Made by a program: the position numbers and the translations under genes. From a virus: a stretch of DNA of 10,863 nucleotides. A model generated the notes under the pieces. It was not told the origin of the DNA. It saw nothing but the letters and a program-made list of their open reading frames with translations, and did not search any database. Below are positions 8,465-10,863 of this stretch, one piece after another. The stretch is taken from UHGV virus genome UHGV-0116495. One strand, 5' to 3'. Numbering within the stretch: position 1 is the first letter of the stretch; each line of letters begins with the position of its first letter.

Positions 8465-8644
8465 ATGTCTTGTCCAAAATGCGGTTCTGGAAATATTGCA
8501 AAAGAAAAAACAATGCGTGGATGGTCTGATGATTATGTGTGCTGCGATTGCGGATACAACGACTCTAAAGACGCATTTGGAGAGCGTGGTAAAAACGAGT
8601 TTGTCAAAATTAATAAAGAAAGCGAAGGCAACGAAAAAAGCTAA
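8465..8644 (+). CDS. Small zinc-ribbon protein, 59 aa (CPKC-x18-CCDC), with an acidic/lysine-rich C-terminal tail
   Basis: GGAGG RBS (8453-8457) 7 nt upstream of the ATG at 8465. Four Cys arranged as CxxC...CxxC. Followed by a strong terminator. AT-rich. Confidence 0.5.
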   Translation: MSCPKCGSGNIAKEKTMRGWSDDYVCCDCGYNDSKDAFGERGKNEFVKINKESEGNEKS

Positions 8645-8707
8645 TTTATTTATTCATATATGAAAACAATGTAACCAATATTCGAATTGAAGAACTGAAA
8701 GAACACC

Positions 8708-8731
8708 AAGCCGCCTGATGGCGGTTTTTTA
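8708..8731 (+). terminator. Rho-independent terminator after the zinc-ribbon ORF
   Basis: Stem AAGCCGCC/GGCGGTTT (8 bp including one G-U pair), loop TGAT, followed by TTTTTT. Confidence 0.65.
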
Positions 8732-8744
8732 TTGGAGACAAGAA

Positions 8745-9089
8745 ATGTCAGATTTGGCTATGAAGGTTTTGAAATGGCAATCGACTGGCGATGTCGGCAT
8801 CAGTAGCGCAACTCTTGCCTCAATCGCATGTGGACTGAAAAAGAATATCTATGGTCATCACTTCGGCGCTCCACATGACGCAGCAGATTTCCGACGATGC
8901 GTTGCACTTGTTGAGCAGATTCCAGAAATCAGAGATTCATTCGACAAGGTTGCAAAGCGCGTTCCGGCATTCAAAGGAATCCTCAACGAATGGGATTCAC
9001 TCGTTGCTCTGTTGAAGTCTGAAATGAAGGCGTACGGGAACAAAGCACCAGAGACTTACAGAAGAATCAGCGAGCTACGCAAGGACTAA
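8745..9089 (+). CDS. Hypothetical cytoplasmic protein, 114 aa, family unknown
   Basis: GGAGA RBS (8734-8738) about 6 nt upstream of the ATG at 8745. The track's earlier ATG at 8718 lies inside the upstream terminator loop and is rejected. No signal peptide or transmembrane segment is evident. Confidence 0.5.
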   Translation: MSDLAMKVLKWQSTGDVGISSATLASIACGLKKNIYGHHFGAPHDAADFRRCVALVEQIPEIRDSFDKVAKRVPAFKGILNEWDSLVALLKSEMKAYGNKAPETYRRISELRKD

Positions 9090-9125
9090 CGCCTCACACT
9101 CGATGAGGCCTGTACATATCTGATA

Positions 9126-9150
9126 GAGCCGCTATATGGCGGTTTCTTTT
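9126..9150 (+). terminator. Terminator-like hairpin plus U-tract between the 114-aa ORF and the alpA-like gene
   Basis: Stem GAGCCGC/GCGGTTT (with G-U pairs), loop TATATG, followed by CTTTTT. An upstream hairpin GCCTCA-N7-TGAGGC lies at 9091-9109. Confidence 0.45.
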
Positions 9151-9166
9151 TGCCTGGAGAATTAAG

Positions 9167-9358
9167 ATGACCGATACCAGCCTGATTCCTGAGAAAGAAG
9201 TGATGAACAAGCTCGGTGTTTCATCACGTCAGACAATCTGGAACTATACCAAACGGCACGGATTTCCGAAGCCAGTCAGAACCCACCCCAAATCATACCT
9301 TCGTGAAGCTGTTGAAGGGTGGATTCTTAACGGTGGCGTTAATCAGAAATGCTCCTGA
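9167..9358 (+). CDS. AlpA-family DNA-binding protein (prophage excisionase/transcriptional regulator), 63 aa
   Basis: LIPEKEVMNKLGVSSRQTIWNYTKRHGFPKPVR...EAVEGWI fits the AlpA/Xis-like winged-helix pattern (L-P-E-V...G-S-R-T-I...G-FPKP...W). GGAGA RBS upstream. Adjacent to the integrase. Confidence 0.75.
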   Translation: MTDTSLIPEKEVMNKLGVSSRQTIWNYTKRHGFPKPVRTHPKSYLREAVEGWILNGGVNQKCS

Positions 9359-10517
9359 TGTGCCAGAACAATTTATCAGCGTGAAGCTCATACGCTTTGC
9401 GCTGAGCCTCTATCCAGTCGTGTTTATTGTACACGGACATTATCCCGCCAAGTTCATGACCGAGCATTCGCTCAGTAACATGAGGCTCGACATTCATCTC
9501 GGACAGACGTGTAACAAGCGTTCTTCTGAAATCGTGTGTTCGCCAGTAACCTAGATCCATCCCTCCCCTTATTCTATTTACGAATCGGTTGGCTGCAGCG
9601 ATGCTGATCGGTTTGTTTATGTCTTCTCCAGGGAAAAGAACATCATTGTACGTTGTCATGGCCTTTTCGAGGAAAGGCTTAATTTGTTCGAAGATTGGAC
9701 GGCGGATAACATTACCCATCTTGCTATGCTCTTTCGGTACGGTCCATACGTTTTCCAGCAGATCAAATTCTGTCTTTTTTGCCAGCCTAAGCTCTGAGAG
9801 CCTCGCCCCCCACAGCATAAGCATCTGATGAAGTAGCTTATTTGACGTAGACGCACGGCTTCTTTCAATAGCAAGCCAAATCTTAGCCAGTTCGTGATAC
9901 GACAGTACCCGATCCCCTACCTCAGCGCGGGAGCCGAAGTCCCTTGGTTGGATGCTCATAATTGCGCAACTATCTATCAACTGACGCCGCATGCACCAAC
10001 TTATTGCTGATCTTAGTTGACTTAGCACCTGCCTTGCTCGGCGTGGATTATCTCTTTCTTCTTCGGTAAGCAGGTCAACCCATTGCTTAACCGTGATAGA
10101 AGATGCCGGACGATTAGGAAAGGCGTCATGCATGCGCTTCATAACCGTTGATCGGTAAAGTGCCTGGGTCTTTTCTCTGAGAGTTGTAGAGACGTAGTTG
10201 TCGAACCAGTAGTCGAGACACTGGGCGACCGTCATGGAGTTCTCCACCTTCTCTTCAAAATAGGTGCGTGGATCCGTTCCTGAGAAATAGAGCTTTCGCA
10301 AGTCAGCAGTGATCTGTCTGGCATCCTTCAAAGACAGGGATGGGTATCGACCAAGCCCAAGTCGATTAGGCTTGCCATGCCAGCGATAGCGGTACTGGAA
10401 CTGGATGACCCCCTTCGGTGAAATTCGTACGCTGAGGCCATCGGCATCAGCCACTTCTTGTGGGCCCGAATATGGTTTACCATAAATAGTACGCAGTTTT
10501 GTGTCGCTTATAGCCAT
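9339..10517 (-). CDS. int: Tyrosine site-specific integrase, P4-type (N-terminal arm-binding domain plus catalytic domain), 392 aa
   Basis: The N-terminus (DGLSVRISPKGVIQFQYRYRWHGKPNRLGLGRYPSLSLKDAR) is typical of the P4-like integrase arm-binding domain. The C-terminus has the catalytic motifs ARLSELR, HDFRRT, LGHELGG and SVYNKHDW (Tyr). It is the last prophage gene before sbcB. Confidence 0.9.
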   Translation of the reverse strand: MAISDTKLRTIYGKPYSGPQEVADADGLSVRISPKGVIQFQYRYRWHGKPNRLGLGRYPSLSLKDARQITADLRKLYFSGTDPRTYFEEKVENSMTVAQCLDYWFDNYVSTTLREKTQALYRSTVMKRMHDAFPNRPASSITVKQWVDLLTEEERDNPRRARQVLSQLRSAISWCMRRQLIDSCAIMSIQPRDFGSRAEVGDRVLSYHELAKIWLAIERSRASTSNKLLHQMLMLWGARLSELRLAKKTEFDLLENVWTVPKEHSKMGNVIRRPIFEQIKPFLEKAMTTYNDVLFPGEDINKPISIAAANRFVNRIRGGMDLGYWRTHDFRRTLVTRLSEMNVEPHVTERMLGHELGGIMSVYNKHDWIEAQRKAYELHADKLFWHIRSISD

Positions 10518-10525
10518 AAATAATA

Positions 10526-10569
10526 TTTGGTACGCTCAAAAATAATGGTTTGGTACACATCTGGTACAC
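10526..10569. repeat. Three direct repeats of TGGTAC(A/G)C upstream of int
   Basis: TTTGGTACGC (10526-10535), TTTGGTACAC (10549-10558) and CTGGTACAC (10561-10569), in an AT-rich junction between int and sbcB. Candidate arm-type or regulatory sites. Confidence 0.5.
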
Positions 10570-10698
10570 AATATCACATGGACAACAGCGCACAGTAAAC
10601 AACTATATTTGACGTTCGTAGACATACTCAGGTGAAAAAATGGTTGTTTTTCGAGTTATAACAGACAGTTAATTAACTACAGTGGACAATGCTAGACA

Positions 10699-10863
10699 AT
10701 GACAGACACAGATAAACAACCTACCTTCCTCTTTCACGATTACGAAACCTTTGGCACGCACCCCGCGTTAGATCGCCCTGCACAGTTCGCAGCCATTCGC
10801 ACCGATAGCGAATTCAATGTCATCGGCGAACCCGAAGTCTTTTACTGCAAGCCCGCGGATGAC
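10699..10863 (+). CDS. sbcB: Exodeoxyribonuclease I (SbcB), N-terminal 55 codons; the gene continues past the window end
   Basis: Translation MTDTDKQPTFLFHDYETFGTHPALDRPAQFAAIRTDSEFNVIGEPEVFYCKPADD matches enterobacterial exonuclease I. The open frame runs to the window edge. Confidence 0.85.
   Translation, partial: MTDTDKQPTFLFHDYETFGTHPALDRPAQFAAIRTDSEFNVIGEPEVFYCKPADD

Noticed and set aside
8361-8663. 100-aa ORF on the + strand in another frame overlapping the zinc-ribbon ORF
   Set aside because: No RBS; the overlapping frame with the CxxC...CxxC pattern and an RBS is the more plausible coding frame.
8718-8744. Upstream ATG at 8718 for the 114-aa ORF (123-aa version)
   Set aside because: That ATG sits in the loop of the upstream terminator hairpin; the ATG at 8745 has a GGAGA RBS.
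9216-9874. ORFs inside or antisense to the integrase gene (9216-9554 +, 9589-9828 +, 9656-9874 -)
   Set aside because: They overlap a full-length integrase with intact catalytic motifs; shadow ORFs.
10518-10698. tRNA gene as integration target next to the integrase
   Set aside because: No cloverleaf-compatible GC-rich stems or conserved T-loop sequence in the AT-rich junction; the target appears to be the sbcB 5' region instead.
1-10863. CRISPR array or other long tandem repeat
   Set aside because: No regularly spaced direct repeats of 25-40 bp were seen; the only repeats are the short motifs upstream of int and the two related terminator hairpins.

Overview
This window reads as the sbcB-proximal end of a heavily decayed P22-like (lambdoid podovirus) prophage, probably in an Escherichia/Shigella-type host. 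Identifications come from reading the translations against remembered sequences, with no database search. Order along the + strand: IS2 end (1-87) | tailspike gene truncated by that IS2 (85-1122, -) | immI region: ant (-), arc (-), canonical Omnt and Oarc operators with Pant, mnt (+) | two small signal-peptide ORFs translationally coupled to mnt, at the position where P22 carries sieA (2751-3491, +) | intact ejection-protein genes gp16, gp20, gp7 and a gp14-position ORF (3516-7930, -) | 3' fragment of the tail-needle gene with no start codon (7930-8403, -) | apparent deletion joint | two small accessory ORFs, each with its own terminator: a 59-aa four-cysteine zinc-ribbon protein and a 114-aa protein of unknown family (8465-9089, +) | AlpA-family excisionase/regulator (+) converging on and overlapping a P4-type tyrosine integrase (-) | AT-rich junction with direct repeats | start of sbcB (exonuclease I, partial, +). 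No tRNA, rRNA or CRISPR array was seen. The best candidates for an undescribed function are the mnt-linked secreted pair and the zinc-ribbon/114-aa pair, both in positions where temperate phages carry exclusion, defence or anti-defence cargo.
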